64,000 nt of DNA from Eledone cirrhosa (lineage: Eukaryota): NCBI GenBank assembly GCA_964016885.1, contig OZ024741.1:247008001-247072000 (forward strand), read 5' to 3'. The position numbers were made by a program, and so were the translations under genes. Below are positions 10,997-24,100 of this stretch, in pieces. How positions within the stretch are numbered: position 1 is the first letter of the stretch; every line of letters starts with the position of its first letter. Below the pieces are notes generated by a model. That model was not told the origin of the DNA, made no database searches, and saw only the letters and a program-made list of their open reading frames with translations.

Positions 10997-13900
10997 TTAT
11001 CTCTCCTTGGCTGGCGGGAAATTATCTCCCCTTGGACGGCTGGAAATTATCTCCCCTTGGAAGGATGGAAATTATCTCCCCTTGGACGGCTGGAAATTAT
11101 CTACCCCTGATTTTTTTTACAAATTATCTCCCCCTGATTTTTTTACAAATTATCTCCGCCTGATTTTTTTAAATGTTATCTCTCCTTGGCTGGCGGGAAA
11201 TTATCTCCCCTTGGACGGCTGGAAATTATCTCCCCTTGGAAGGATGGAAATTATCTCCCCTTGGACGGCTGAAAATTATCTACCCCTGATTTTTTTTACA
11301 AATTATCTCTCCCTGATTTTTTTTACAAATTATCTCCCCCTGATTTTTTTTACAAATTATCTACCCCTGATTTTTTTTACAAATTATCTCCCCCTGATTT
11401 TTTTTACAAATTATCTCCCCCTGATTTTTTTTTACAAATTGTCTCCCCCTGATTTTTTTTTTACAAATTATCTCCCCCTGATTTTTTTACAAATTATCTC
11501 CCCCTGATTTTTTTTACAATCTCCGCCTGATTTTTTAAAAAATTATCTTCCCTTGGCTGGCGGGAAATTATCTCCCCTTGGACGGCTGGAAATTATCTCC
11601 CCTTGGAAGGATGGAAATTATCTCCCCTTGGACGGCTGGAAATTATCTCCCCTTGCACGGCTGGAAATTATAGCCCCTTGGAGGGCTGGAAATTATCTCC
11701 CCTTGATATTTGTTACAAATTATCTCCCCCTGATTTTTTTTTCAAATTATCTCCCCCTGATTGTTTTTACAAATTATCTCCCCCCTGATTTTTTTACAAA
11801 TTATCTCCCCTTGGCTGGCTGGAAATTATCTCCCCTTGGAGGCTGGAACTTATCTCCCCTTGGACGGCTAGAAATTACCTCTCCTTGGACGGCTGGAAAA
11901 TATGTCTCCTTGGACGGCTGGATATTATCTCCCCTTGGACGGCTGGAAATTATCTCCCCTTGGACGGCTGGAAATTATCTCCCCTTGGATGGCTAGATAT
12001 TACCTCCCCTTGGACGGCTGGAAATCATCTCCCCTTGATTTTTTTTACAAATTATCTCCCCCTGATTTTTTTTTACAAATTATCTCCCCCTGATTTTTTT
12101 TTAAAAATTATCTCCCCCTGATTTTTGTTTACAAATTATCTCCGCCTGATTTTTTTTTTAAAATTATCTCCCCTTGGACGGCTGGAAATTATCTCCCCTT
12201 GGACGGCTGGAAATTATATCTCCTTGGACGGCTAGAATTTACCTCTCCTTGGACGGCTGAAAATTATCTCCCCTTGGACGGCTGGAAATTATCTCCCCTT
12301 GATTTTTTTTACAAATTATCTCCCCCTGATTTTTTTTTACAAATTATCTCCCCCTGATTTTTTTTTACAAATTATCTCCCCCTAATTTTTTTTTACAAAT
12401 TATCTCCCCCTAATTTTTTTACAAATTATCTCCCCTTGGCTGGCTGGAAATTATCTCCCCTTGGAGGCTGGAACTTATCTCCCCTTGGACGGCTAGAAAT
12501 TACGTCTCCTTGGACGGCTGGAAAATATGTCTCCTTGGACGGCTCGATATTATCTCCCCTTGGACGGCTGGAAATTATCTCCCCTTGGACGGCTGGAAAT
12601 TATCTCCCCTTGGATGGCTAGATATTACCTCCCCTTGGACGGCTGGAAATTATCTCCCCTTGATTTTTTTTACAAATTATCTCCCCCTGATTTTTTTTTA
12701 CAAATTATCTACCCCTGATTTTTTTTTACAAATTATCTCCCCCTGATTTTTGTTTACAAATTATCTCCGCCTGATTTTTTTAAAAAAATTATCTCCCCTT
12801 GGACGGCTGGAAATTATCTCCCCTTGGACGGCTAGAAATTACCTCTCCTTGGACGGCTGAAAATTATCTCCCCTTGGACGGCTGGAAATTATCTCCCCTT
12901 GATTTTTTTACAAATTATCTCCCCCTGATTTTTTTTTTACAAATTATCTCCCCCTGATTTTTTTTTACAAATTATCTACCCCTGATTTTTTTTTACAAAT
13001 TATCTCCCCCTGATTTTTTTTACAAATTATCTCCCCTTGATTTTTTTTTACAAATTATCTCCCCCTGATTTTTTTACATATTATCTCCCCCTGATTTTTT
13101 TTACAAATTATCTCCGCCTGATTTTTTTAAATATTATCTCTCCTTGGCTGGCGGGAAATTATCTCCCCTTGGACGGCTGGAAATTATCTCCCCTTGGAAG
13201 GATGGAAATTATCTCCCCTTGGACGGCTGGAAATTATCTACCCCTGATTTTTTTTACAAATTATCTCCCCCTGATTTTTTTACAAATTATCTCCCCCTGA
13301 TTTTTTTTACAAATTATCTCCGCCTGATTTTTTTAAATGTTATCTCTCCTTGGCTGGCGGGAAATTATCTCTCCTTGGACGGCTGGAAATTATCTCCCCT
13401 TGGAAGGATGGAAATTATCTCCCCTTGGACGGCTGAAAATTATCTACCCCTGATTTTTTTTACAAATTATCTCCCCCTGATTTTTTTTACAAATTATCTC
13501 CCCCTGATTTTTTTTACAAATTATCTACCCCTGATTTTTTTTACAAATTATCTCCCCCTGATTTTTTTTACAAATTATCTCCCCCTGATTTTTTTTTTAC
13601 AAATTATCTCCCCCTGATTTTTTTACAAATTATCTCCCCCTGATTTTTTTTTTACAAATTATCTCCCCTTGGCTGGCTGGAAATTATCTCCCCTTGGAGG
13701 CTGGAACTTATCTCCCCTTGGACGGCTAGAAATTACCTCTCCTTGGACGGCTGGAAAATATGTCTCCTTGGACGGCTGGATATTATCTCCCCTTGGACGG
13801 CTGGAAATTATCTCCCCTTGGACGGCTGGAAATTATCTCCCCTTGGATGGCTAGATATTACCTCCCCTTGGACGGCTGGAAATTATCTCCCCTTGATTTT

Positions 13901-14571
13901 TTTTACAAATTATCTCCCCCTGATTTTTTTTTACAAATTATCTCCCCCTGATTTTTTTTTACAAATTATCTCCCCCTGATTTTTGTTTACAAATTATCTC
14001 CGCCTGATTTTTTTAAAAAAATTATCTCCCCTTGGACGGCTGGAAATTATCTCCCCTTGGACGGCTAGAAATTACCTCTCCTTGGACGGCTGAAAATTAT
14101 CTCCCCTTGGACGGCTGGAAATTATCTCCCCTTGATTTTTTTACAAATTATCTCCCCCTGATTTTTTTTTTACAAATTATCTCCCCCTGATTTTTTTTTA
14201 CAAATTATCTACCCCTGATTTTTTTTACAAATTATCTCCCCCTGATTTTTTTTACAAATTATCTCCCCCTGATTTTTTTTTACAAATTATCTCCCCCTGA
14301 TTTTTTTACAAATTATCTCCCCCTGATTTTTTTTACAAATTATCTCCGCCTGATTTTTTTAAATATTATCTCTCCTTGGCTGGCGGGAAATTATCTCCCC
14401 TTGGACGGCTGGAAATTATCTCCCCTTGGAAGGATGGAAATTATCTCCCCTTGGACGGCTGGAAATTATCTACCCCTGATTTTTTTTACAAATTATCTCC
14501 CCCTGATTTTTTTACAAATTATCTCCCCCTGATTTTTTTTACAAATTATCTCCGCCTGATTTTTTTAAATG
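10997..14571 (+). repeat. 3,575 bp tandem duplication, copy 1
   Basis: ORFs 11007, 11553, 11885, 12436, 13037, 13144, 13669, 14376 recur at +3,575 (14582, 15128, 15460, 16011, 16612, 16719, 17244, 17951). Private variants GATATTTGTTAC, GGCTCGATAT, CCCTAATT and TACATATT are in both copies. Confidence 0.93.
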
Positions 14572-17500
14572 TTATCTCTCCTTGGCTGGCGGGAAATTAT
14601 CTCCCCTTGGACGGCTGGAAATTATCTCCCCTTGGAAGGATGGAAATTATCTCCCCTTGGACGGCTGGAAATTATCTACCCCTGATTTTTTTTACAAATT
14701 ATCTCCCCCTGATTTTTTTACAAATTATCTCCGCCTGATTTTTTTAAATGTTATCTCTCCTTGGCTGGCGGGAAATTATCTCCCCTTGGACGGCTGGAAA
14801 TTATCTCCCCTTGGAAGGATGGAAATTATCTCCCCTTGGACGGCTGAAAATTATCTACCCCTGATTTTTTTTACAAATTATCTCTCCCTGATTTTTTTTA
14901 CAAATTATCTCCCCCTGATTTTTTTTACAAATTATCTACCCCTGATTTTTTTTACAAATTATCTCCCCCTGATTTTTTTTACAAATTATCTCCCCCTGAT
15001 TTTTTTTTACAAATTGTCTCCCCCTGATTTTTTTTTTACAAATTATCTCCCCCTGATTTTTTTACAAATTATCTCCCCCTGATTTTTTTTACAATCTCCG
15101 CCTGATTTTTTAAAAAATTATCTTCCCTTGGCTGGCGGGAAATTATCTCCCCTTGGACGGCTGGAAATTATCTCCCCTTGGAAGGATGGAAATTATCTCC
15201 CCTTGGACGGCTGGAAATTATCTCCCCTTGCACGGCTGGAAATTATAGCCCCTTGGAGGGCTGGAAATTATCTCCCCTTGATATTTGTTACAAATTATCT
15301 CCCCCTGATTTTTTTTTCAAATTATCTCCCCCTGATTGTTTTTACAAATTATCTCCCCCCTGATTTTTTTACAAATTATCTCCCCTTGGCTGGCTGGAAA
15401 TTATCTCCCCTTGGAGGCTGGAACTTATCTCCCCTTGGACGGCTAGAAATTACCTCTCCTTGGACGGCTGGAAAATATGTCTCCTTGGACGGCTGGATAT
15501 TATCTCCCCTTGGACGGCTGGAAATTATCTCCCCTTGGACGGCTGGAAATTATCTCCCCTTGGATGGCTAGATATTACCTCCCCTTGGACGGCTGGAAAT
15601 CATCTCCCCTTGATTTTTTTTACAAATTATCTCCCCCTGATTTTTTTTTACAAATTATCTCCCCCTGATTTTTTTTTAAAAATTATCTCCCCCTGATTTT
15701 TGTTTACAAATTATCTCCGCCTGATTTTTTTTTTAAAATTATCTCCCCTTGGACGGCTGGAAATTATCTCCCCTTGGACGGCTGGAAATTATATCTCCTT
15801 GGACGGCTAGAATTTACCTCTCCTTGGACGGCTGAAAATTATCTCCCCTTGGACGGCTGGAAATTATCTCCCCTTGATTTTTTTTACAAATTATCTCCCC
15901 CTGATTTTTTTTTACAAATTATCTCCCCCTGATTTTTTTTTACAAATTATCTCCCCCTAATTTTTTTTTACAAATTATCTCCCCCTAATTTTTTTACAAA
16001 TTATCTCCCCTTGGCTGGCTGGAAATTATCTCCCCTTGGAGGCTGGAACTTATCTCCCCTTGGACGGCTAGAAATTACGTCTCCTTGGACGGCTGGAAAA
16101 TATGTCTCCTTGGACGGCTCGATATTATCTCCCCTTGGACGGCTGGAAATTATCTCCCCTTGGACGGCTGGAAATTATCTCCCCTTGGATGGCTAGATAT
16201 TACCTCCCCTTGGACGGCTGGAAATTATCTCCCCTTGATTTTTTTTACAAATTATCTCCCCCTGATTTTTTTTTACAAATTATCTACCCCTGATTTTTTT
16301 TTACAAATTATCTCCCCCTGATTTTTGTTTACAAATTATCTCCGCCTGATTTTTTTAAAAAAATTATCTCCCCTTGGACGGCTGGAAATTATCTCCCCTT
16401 GGACGGCTAGAAATTACCTCTCCTTGGACGGCTGAAAATTATCTCCCCTTGGACGGCTGGAAATTATCTCCCCTTGATTTTTTTACAAATTATCTCCCCC
16501 TGATTTTTTTTTTACAAATTATCTCCCCCTGATTTTTTTTTACAAATTATCTACCCCTGATTTTTTTTTACAAATTATCTCCCCCTGATTTTTTTTACAA
16601 ATTATCTCCCCTTGATTTTTTTTTACAAATTATCTCCCCCTGATTTTTTTACATATTATCTCCCCCTGATTTTTTTTACAAATTATCTCCGCCTGATTTT
16701 TTTAAATATTATCTCTCCTTGGCTGGCGGGAAATTATCTCCCCTTGGACGGCTGGAAATTATCTCCCCTTGGAAGGATGGAAATTATCTCCCCTTGGACG
16801 GCTGGAAATTATCTACCCCTGATTTTTTTTACAAATTATCTCCCCCTGATTTTTTTACAAATTATCTCCCCCTGATTTTTTTTACAAATTATCTCCGCCT
16901 GATTTTTTTAAATGTTATCTCTCCTTGGCTGGCGGGAAATTATCTCTCCTTGGACGGCTGGAAATTATCTCCCCTTGGAAGGATGGAAATTATCTCCCCT
17001 TGGACGGCTGAAAATTATCTACCCCTGATTTTTTTTACAAATTATCTCCCCCTGATTTTTTTTACAAATTATCTCCCCCTGATTTTTTTTACAAATTATC
17101 TACCCCTGATTTTTTTTACAAATTATCTCCCCCTGATTTTTTTTACAAATTATCTCCCCCTGATTTTTTTTTTACAAATTATCTCCCCCTGATTTTTTTA
17201 CAAATTATCTCCCCCTGATTTTTTTTTTACAAATTATCTCCCCTTGGCTGGCTGGAAATTATCTCCCCTTGGAGGCTGGAACTTATCTCCCCTTGGACGG
17301 CTAGAAATTACCTCTCCTTGGACGGCTGGAAAATATGTCTCCTTGGACGGCTGGATATTATCTCCCCTTGGACGGCTGGAAATTATCTCCCCTTGGACGG
17401 CTGGAAATTATCTCCCCTTGGATGGCTAGATATTACCTCCCCTTGGACGGCTGGAAATTATCTCCCCTTGATTTTTTTTACAAATTATCTCCCCCTGATT

Positions 17501-18146
17501 TTTTTTTACAAATTATCTCCCCCTGATTTTTTTTTACAAATTATCTCCCCCTGATTTTTGTTTACAAATTATCTCCGCCTGATTTTTTTAAAAAAATTAT
17601 CTCCCCTTGGACGGCTGGAAATTATCTCCCCTTGGACGGCTAGAAATTACCTCTCCTTGGACGGCTGAAAATTATCTCCCCTTGGACGGCTGGAAATTAT
17701 CTCCCCTTGATTTTTTTACAAATTATCTCCCCCTGATTTTTTTTTTACAAATTATCTCCCCCTGATTTTTTTTTACAAATTATCTACCCCTGATTTTTTT
17801 TACAAATTATCTCCCCCTGATTTTTTTTACAAATTATCTCCCCCTGATTTTTTTTTACAAATTATCTCCCCCTGATTTTTTTACAAATTATCTCCCCCTG
17901 ATTTTTTTTACAAATTATCTCCGCCTGATTTTTTTAAATATTATCTCTCCTTGGCTGGCGGGAAATTATCTCCCCTTGGACGGCTGGAAATTATCTCCCC
18001 TTGGAAGGATGGAAATTATCTCCCCTTGGACGGCTGGAAATTATCTACCCCTGATTTTTTTTACAAATTATCTCCCCCTGATTTTTTTACAAATTATCTC
18101 CCCCTGATTTTTTTTACAAATTATCTCCGCCTGATTTTTTTAAATG
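14572..18146 (+). repeat. 3,575 bp tandem duplication, copy 2
   Basis: Match begins right after the A/G difference at 10996/14571 and extends to about 14719/18294 (T7 vs T8), so the breakpoint is ambiguous within ~150 bp. Confidence 0.93.
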
Positions 18147-21100
18147 TTATCTCTCCTTGGCTGGCGGGAAATTATCTCCCCTTGGACGGCTGGAAATTAT
18201 CTCCCCTTGGAAGGATGGAAATTATCTCCCCTTGGACGGCTGGAAATTATCTACCCCTGATTTTTTTTACAAATTATCTCCCCCTGATTTTTTTTACAAA
18301 TTATCTCCCCCTGATTTTTTTTACAAATTATCTACCCCTGATTTTTTTTACAAATTATCTCCCCCTGATTTTTTTTACAAATTATCTCCCCCTGATTTTT
18401 TTTTTACAAATTATCTCCCCCTGATTTTTTTAGAAATTATCTCCCCCTGATTTTTTTTACAAATTATCTCCGCCTGATTTTTTTAAATGTTATCTCTCCT
18501 TGGCTGGCGGGAAATTATCTCCCCATGGACGGCTGGAAATTATCTCCCCTTGGAAGGATGGAAATTATCTCCCCTTGGACGGCTGGAAATTATCTACCCC
18601 TGATTTTTTTTACAAATTATCTCCCCCTGATTTTTTTTACAAATTATCTACCCCTGATTTTTTTACAAATTATCTCCCCTTGGCTGGCTGGAAATTATCT
18701 CCCCTTGGACGGCTAGAAATTACCTCTCCTTGGACGGCTGAAAATTATCTCCCCTTGGACGGCTGGAAATTATCTCCCCTTGGACGGCTAGAAATTACCT
18801 CCTTGGACGGCTGAAAATTATCTCCCCTTGGACGGCTGGAAATTATCTCCCCTTGATTTTTTTACAAATTATCTCCCCCTGATTTATTTTTACAAATTAT
18901 CTCCCCCTGATTTTTTTTTACAAATTATCTACCCCTGATTTTTTTTTACAAATTATCTCCCCCTGATTTTTTTTACAAATTATCTCCCCTGATTTTTTTT
19001 TACAAATTATCTCCCCCTGATTTTTTTACAAATTATCTCCCCCTGATTTTTTTTACAAATTATCTCCGCCTGATTTTTTTAAATATTATCTCTCCTTGGC
19101 TGGCGGGAAATTATCTCCCCTTGGACGGCTGGAAATTATCTCCCCTTGGAAGGATGGAAATTATCTCCCCTTGGACGGCTGGAAATTATCTACCCCTGAT
19201 TTTTTTTACAAATTATCTCCCCCTGATTTTTTTACAAATTATCTCCCCCTGATTTTTTTTACAAATGATCTCCGCCTGATTTTTTTAAATGTTATCTCTC
19301 CTTGGCTGGCGGGAAATTATCTCCCCTTGGACGGCTGGAAATTATCTCCCCTTGGAAGGATGGAAATTATCTCCCCTTGGACGGCTGGAAATTATCTACC
19401 CCTGATTTTTTTTACAAATTATCTCCCCCTGATTTTTTTTACAAATTATCTCCCCCTGATTTTTTTTACAAATTATCTACCCCTGATTTTTTTACAAATT
19501 ATCTCCCCCTGATTTTTTTTTTACAAATTATCTCCCCCTGATTTTTTTTTACAAATTATCTACCCCTGATTTTTTTTTACAAATCATCTCCCCTTGATTT
19601 TTTTTACAAATTATCTCCCCCTGATTTTTTTTTACAAATTATCTCCCCCTGATTTTTTTTTACAAATTATCTCCCCCTGATTTTTGTTTACAAATTATCT
19701 CCGCCTGATTTTTTTAAAAAAATTATCTCCCCTTGGACGGCTGGAAATTATCTCCCCTTGGACGGCTAGAAATTACCTCTCCTTGGACGGCTGAAAATTA
19801 TCTCCCCTTGGACGGCTGGAAATTATCTCCCCTTGATTTTTTTACAAATTATCTCCCCCTGATTTTTTTTTTACAAATTATCTCCCCCTGATTTTTTTTT
19901 ACAAATTATCTACCCCTGATTTTTTTTTACAAATTATCTCCCCCTGATTTTTTTTACGAATTATCTCCCCCTGATTTTTTTTTACAAATTATCTCCCCCT
20001 GATTTTTTTAAATGTTATCTCTCCTTGGCTGGCGGGAAATTATCTCCCCTTGGACGGCTGGAAATTATCTCCCCTTGGAAGGATGGAAATTATCTCCCCT
20101 TGGACGGCTGAAAATTATCTACCCCTGATTTTTTTTACAAATTATCTCCCCCTGATTTTTTTACAAATTATCTCCGCCTGATTTTTTTAAATGTTATCTC
20201 TCCTTGGCTGGCGGGAAATTATCTCCCCTTGGACGGCTGGAAATTATCTCCCCTTGGAAGGATGGAAATTATCTCCCCTTGGACGGCTGAAAATTATCTA
20301 CCCCTGATTTTTTTTTACAAATTATCTCCCCCTGATTTTTTTTACAAATTATCTCCCCCTGATTTTTTTTACAAATTATCTACCCCTGATTTTTTTTACA
20401 AATTATCTCCCCCTGATTTTTTTTACAAATTATCTCCCCCTGATTTTTTTTACAATCTCCGCCTGATTTTTTAAAAAATTATCTTCCCTTGGCTGGCGGG
20501 AAATTATCTCCCCTTGGACGGCTGGAAATTATCTCCCCTTGGAAGGATGGAAATTATCTCCCCTTGGACGGCTGGAAATTATCTCCCCTTGCACGGCTGG
20601 AAATTATAGCCCCTTGGAGGGCTGGAAATTATCTCCCCTTGATATTTTTTTACAAATTATCTCCCCCTGATTTTTTTTTCAAATTATCTCCCCCTGATTT
20701 TTTTTACAAATTATCTCCCCCCTGATTTTTTCACAAATTATCTCCCCTTGGCTGGCTGGAAATTATCTCCCCTTGGAGGCTGGAACTTATCTCCCCTTGG
20801 ACGGCTAGAAATTACCTCTCCTTGGACGGCTGGAAAATATGTCTCCTTGGACGGCTGGATATTATCTCCCCTTGGACGGCTGGAAATTATCTCCCCTTGG
20901 ACGGCTGGAAATTATCTCCCCTTGGATGGCTAGATATTACCTCCCCTTGGACGGCTGGAAATTATCTCCCCTTGATTATTTTTACAAATTATCTCCCCCT
21001 GATTTTTTTTTACAAATTATCTCCCCCTGATTTTTTTTTAAAAATTATCTCCCCCTGATTTTTGTTTACAAATTATCTCCGCCTGATTTTTTTTTTAAAA

Positions 21101-24100
21101 TTATCTCCCCTTGGACGGCTGGAAATTATCTCCCCTTGGACGGCTAGAATTTACCTCTCCTTGGACGGCTGAAAATTATCTCCCCTTGGACGGCTGGAAA
21201 TTATCTCCCCTTGATTTTTTTTACAAATTATCTCCCCCTGATTTTTTTTTACAAATTATCTCCCCCTGATTTTTTTTTACAAATTATCTCCGCCTGATTT
21301 TTTTTACAAATTATCTCCGCCTGATTTTTTTAAATATTATCTCTCCTTGGCTGGCGGGAAATTATCTCCCCTTGGACGGCTGGAAATTATCTCCCCTTGG
21401 AAGGATGGAAATTATCTCCCCTTGGACGGCTGGAAATTATCTACCCCTGATTTTTTTTACAAATTATCTCCCCCTGATTTTTTTACAAATTATCTCCGCC
21501 TGATTTTTTTTACAAATTATCTCCGCCTGATTTTTTTAAATGTTATCTCTCCTTGGCTGGCGGGAAATTATCTCCCCTTGGACGGCTGGAAATTATCTCC
21601 CCTTGGAAGGATGGAAATTTTCTCCCCTTGGACGGCTGAAAATTATCTACCCCTGATTTTTTTTACAAATTATCTCCCCCTGATTTTTTTTACAAATTAT
21701 CTCCCCCTGATTTTTTTTACAAATTATCTACCCCTGATTTTTTCTACAAATTATCTCCCCCTGATTTTTTTACAAATTATCTCCCCCTGATTTTTTTTTT
21801 ACAAATTATCTCCCCCTGATTTTTTTACAAATTATCTCCCCCTGATTTTTTTTTTACAAATTATCTCCCCCTGATTTTTTTACAAATTATCTCCCCTTGG
21901 CTGGCTGGAAATTTTCTCCCCTTGGAGGCTGGAACTTATCTCCCCTTGGACGGCTAGAAATTACCTCTCCTTGGACGGCTGGAAAATATGTCTCCTTGGA
22001 CGGCTGGATATTATCTCCCCTTGGACGGCTGGAAATTATCTCCCCTTGGACGGCTGGAAATTATCTCCCCTTGGATGGCTAGATATTACCTCCCCTTGGA
22101 CAGCTGGAAATTATCTCCCCTTGATTTTTTTTACAAATTATCTCCCCCTGATTTTTTTTTACAAATTATCTCCCCCTGATTTTTTTTTACAAATTATCTC
22201 CCCCTGATTTTTGTTTACAAATTATCTCCGCCTGATTTTTTAAAAAAAATTATCTCCCCTTGGACGGCTGGAAATTATCTCCCCTTGGACGGCTAGAAAT
22301 TACCTCCTTGGACGGCTGAAAATTATCTCCCCTTGGACGGCTGGAAATTATCTCCCCTTGATTTTTTTACAAATTATCTCCCCCTGATTTTTTTTTTACA
22401 AATTATCTCCCCCTGATTTTTTTTTACAAATTATCTACCCCTGATTTTTTTTTACAAATTATCTCCCCCTGATTTTTTTTACAAATTATCTCCCCTGATT
22501 TTTTTTTACAAATTATCTCCCCCTAATTTTTTTACAAATTATCTCCCCCTGATTTTTTTTACAAATTATCTCCGCCTGATTTTTTTAAATATTATCTCTC
22601 CTTGGCTGGCGGGAAATTATCTCCCCTTGGACGGCTGGAAATTATCTCCCCTTGGAAGGATGGAAATTATCTCCCCTTGGACGGCTGGAAATTATCTACC
22701 CCTGATTTTTTTTACAAATTATCTCCCCCTGATTTTTTTTACAAATTATCTCCCCCTGATTTTTTTTTACAAATTATCTACATCTGATTTTTTTACAAAT
22801 TATCTCCCCTTGGCTGGCTGGAAATTATCCCCCCTTGGACGGCTAGAAATTACCTCTCCTTGGACGGCTGAAAATTATCTCCCCTTGGACGGCTGGAAAT
22901 TATCTCCCCTTGATTTTTTTACAAATTATCTCCCCCTGATTTTTTTTTTACAAATTATCTCCTCCTGATTTTTTTTTACAAATTATCTACCCCTGATTTT
23001 TTTTTACAAATTATCTCCCCCTGATTTTTTTTTACAAATTATCTCCCCCTGATTTTTGTTTACAAATTATCTCCGCCTGATTTTTTTAAAAAAATTATCT
23101 CCCCTTGGACGGCTGGAAATTATCTCCCCTTGGACGGCTAGAAATTACCTCTCCTTGGACGGCTGAAAATTATCTCCCCTTGGACGGCTGGAAATTATCT
23201 CCCCTTGATTTTTTTACAAATTATCTCCCCCTGATTTTTTTTTTACAAATTATCTCCTCCTGATTTTTTTTTACAAATTATCTACCCCTGATTTTTTTTT
23301 ACAAATTATCTCCCCCTGATTTTTTTTTACGAATTATCTCCCCCTGATTTTTTTTTTACAAATTATCTCCCCCTGATTTTTTTCAATGTTATCTCTCCTT
23401 GGCTGGCGGGAAATTATCTCCCCTTGGACGGCTGGAAATTATCTCCCCTTGGAAGGATGGAAATTATCTCCCCTTGGACGGCTGAAAATTATCTACCCCT
23501 GATTTTTTTTACAAATTATCTCCCCCTGATTTTTTTACAAATTATCTCCGCCTGATTTTTTTAAATGTTATCTCTCCTTGGCTGGCGGGAAATTATCTCC
23601 CCTTGGACGGCTGGAAATTATCTCCCCTTGGAAGGATGGAAATTATCTCCCCTTGGACGGCTGAAAATTATCTACCCCTGATTTTTTTTACAAATTATCT
23701 CCCCCTGATTTTTTTTACAAATTATCTCCCCCTGATTTTTTTTACAAATTATCTACCCCTGATTTTTTTTACAAATTATCTCCCCCTGATTTTTTTTACA
23801 AATTATCTCCCCCTGATTTTTTTTTACAAATTATCTCCCCCTGATTTTTTTTTACAAATTATCTCCCCCTGATTTTTTTACAAATTATCTCCCCCTGATT
23901 TTTTTTACAATCTCCGCCTGATTTTTAAAAAAATTATCTTCCCTTGGCTGGCGGGAAATTATCTCCCCTTGGACGGCTGGAAATTATCTCCCCTTGGAAG
24001 GATGGAAATTATCTCCCCTTGGACGGCTGGAAATTATCTCCCCTTGCACGGCTGGAAATTATAGCCCCTTGGAGGGCTGGAAATTATCTCCCCTTGATAT

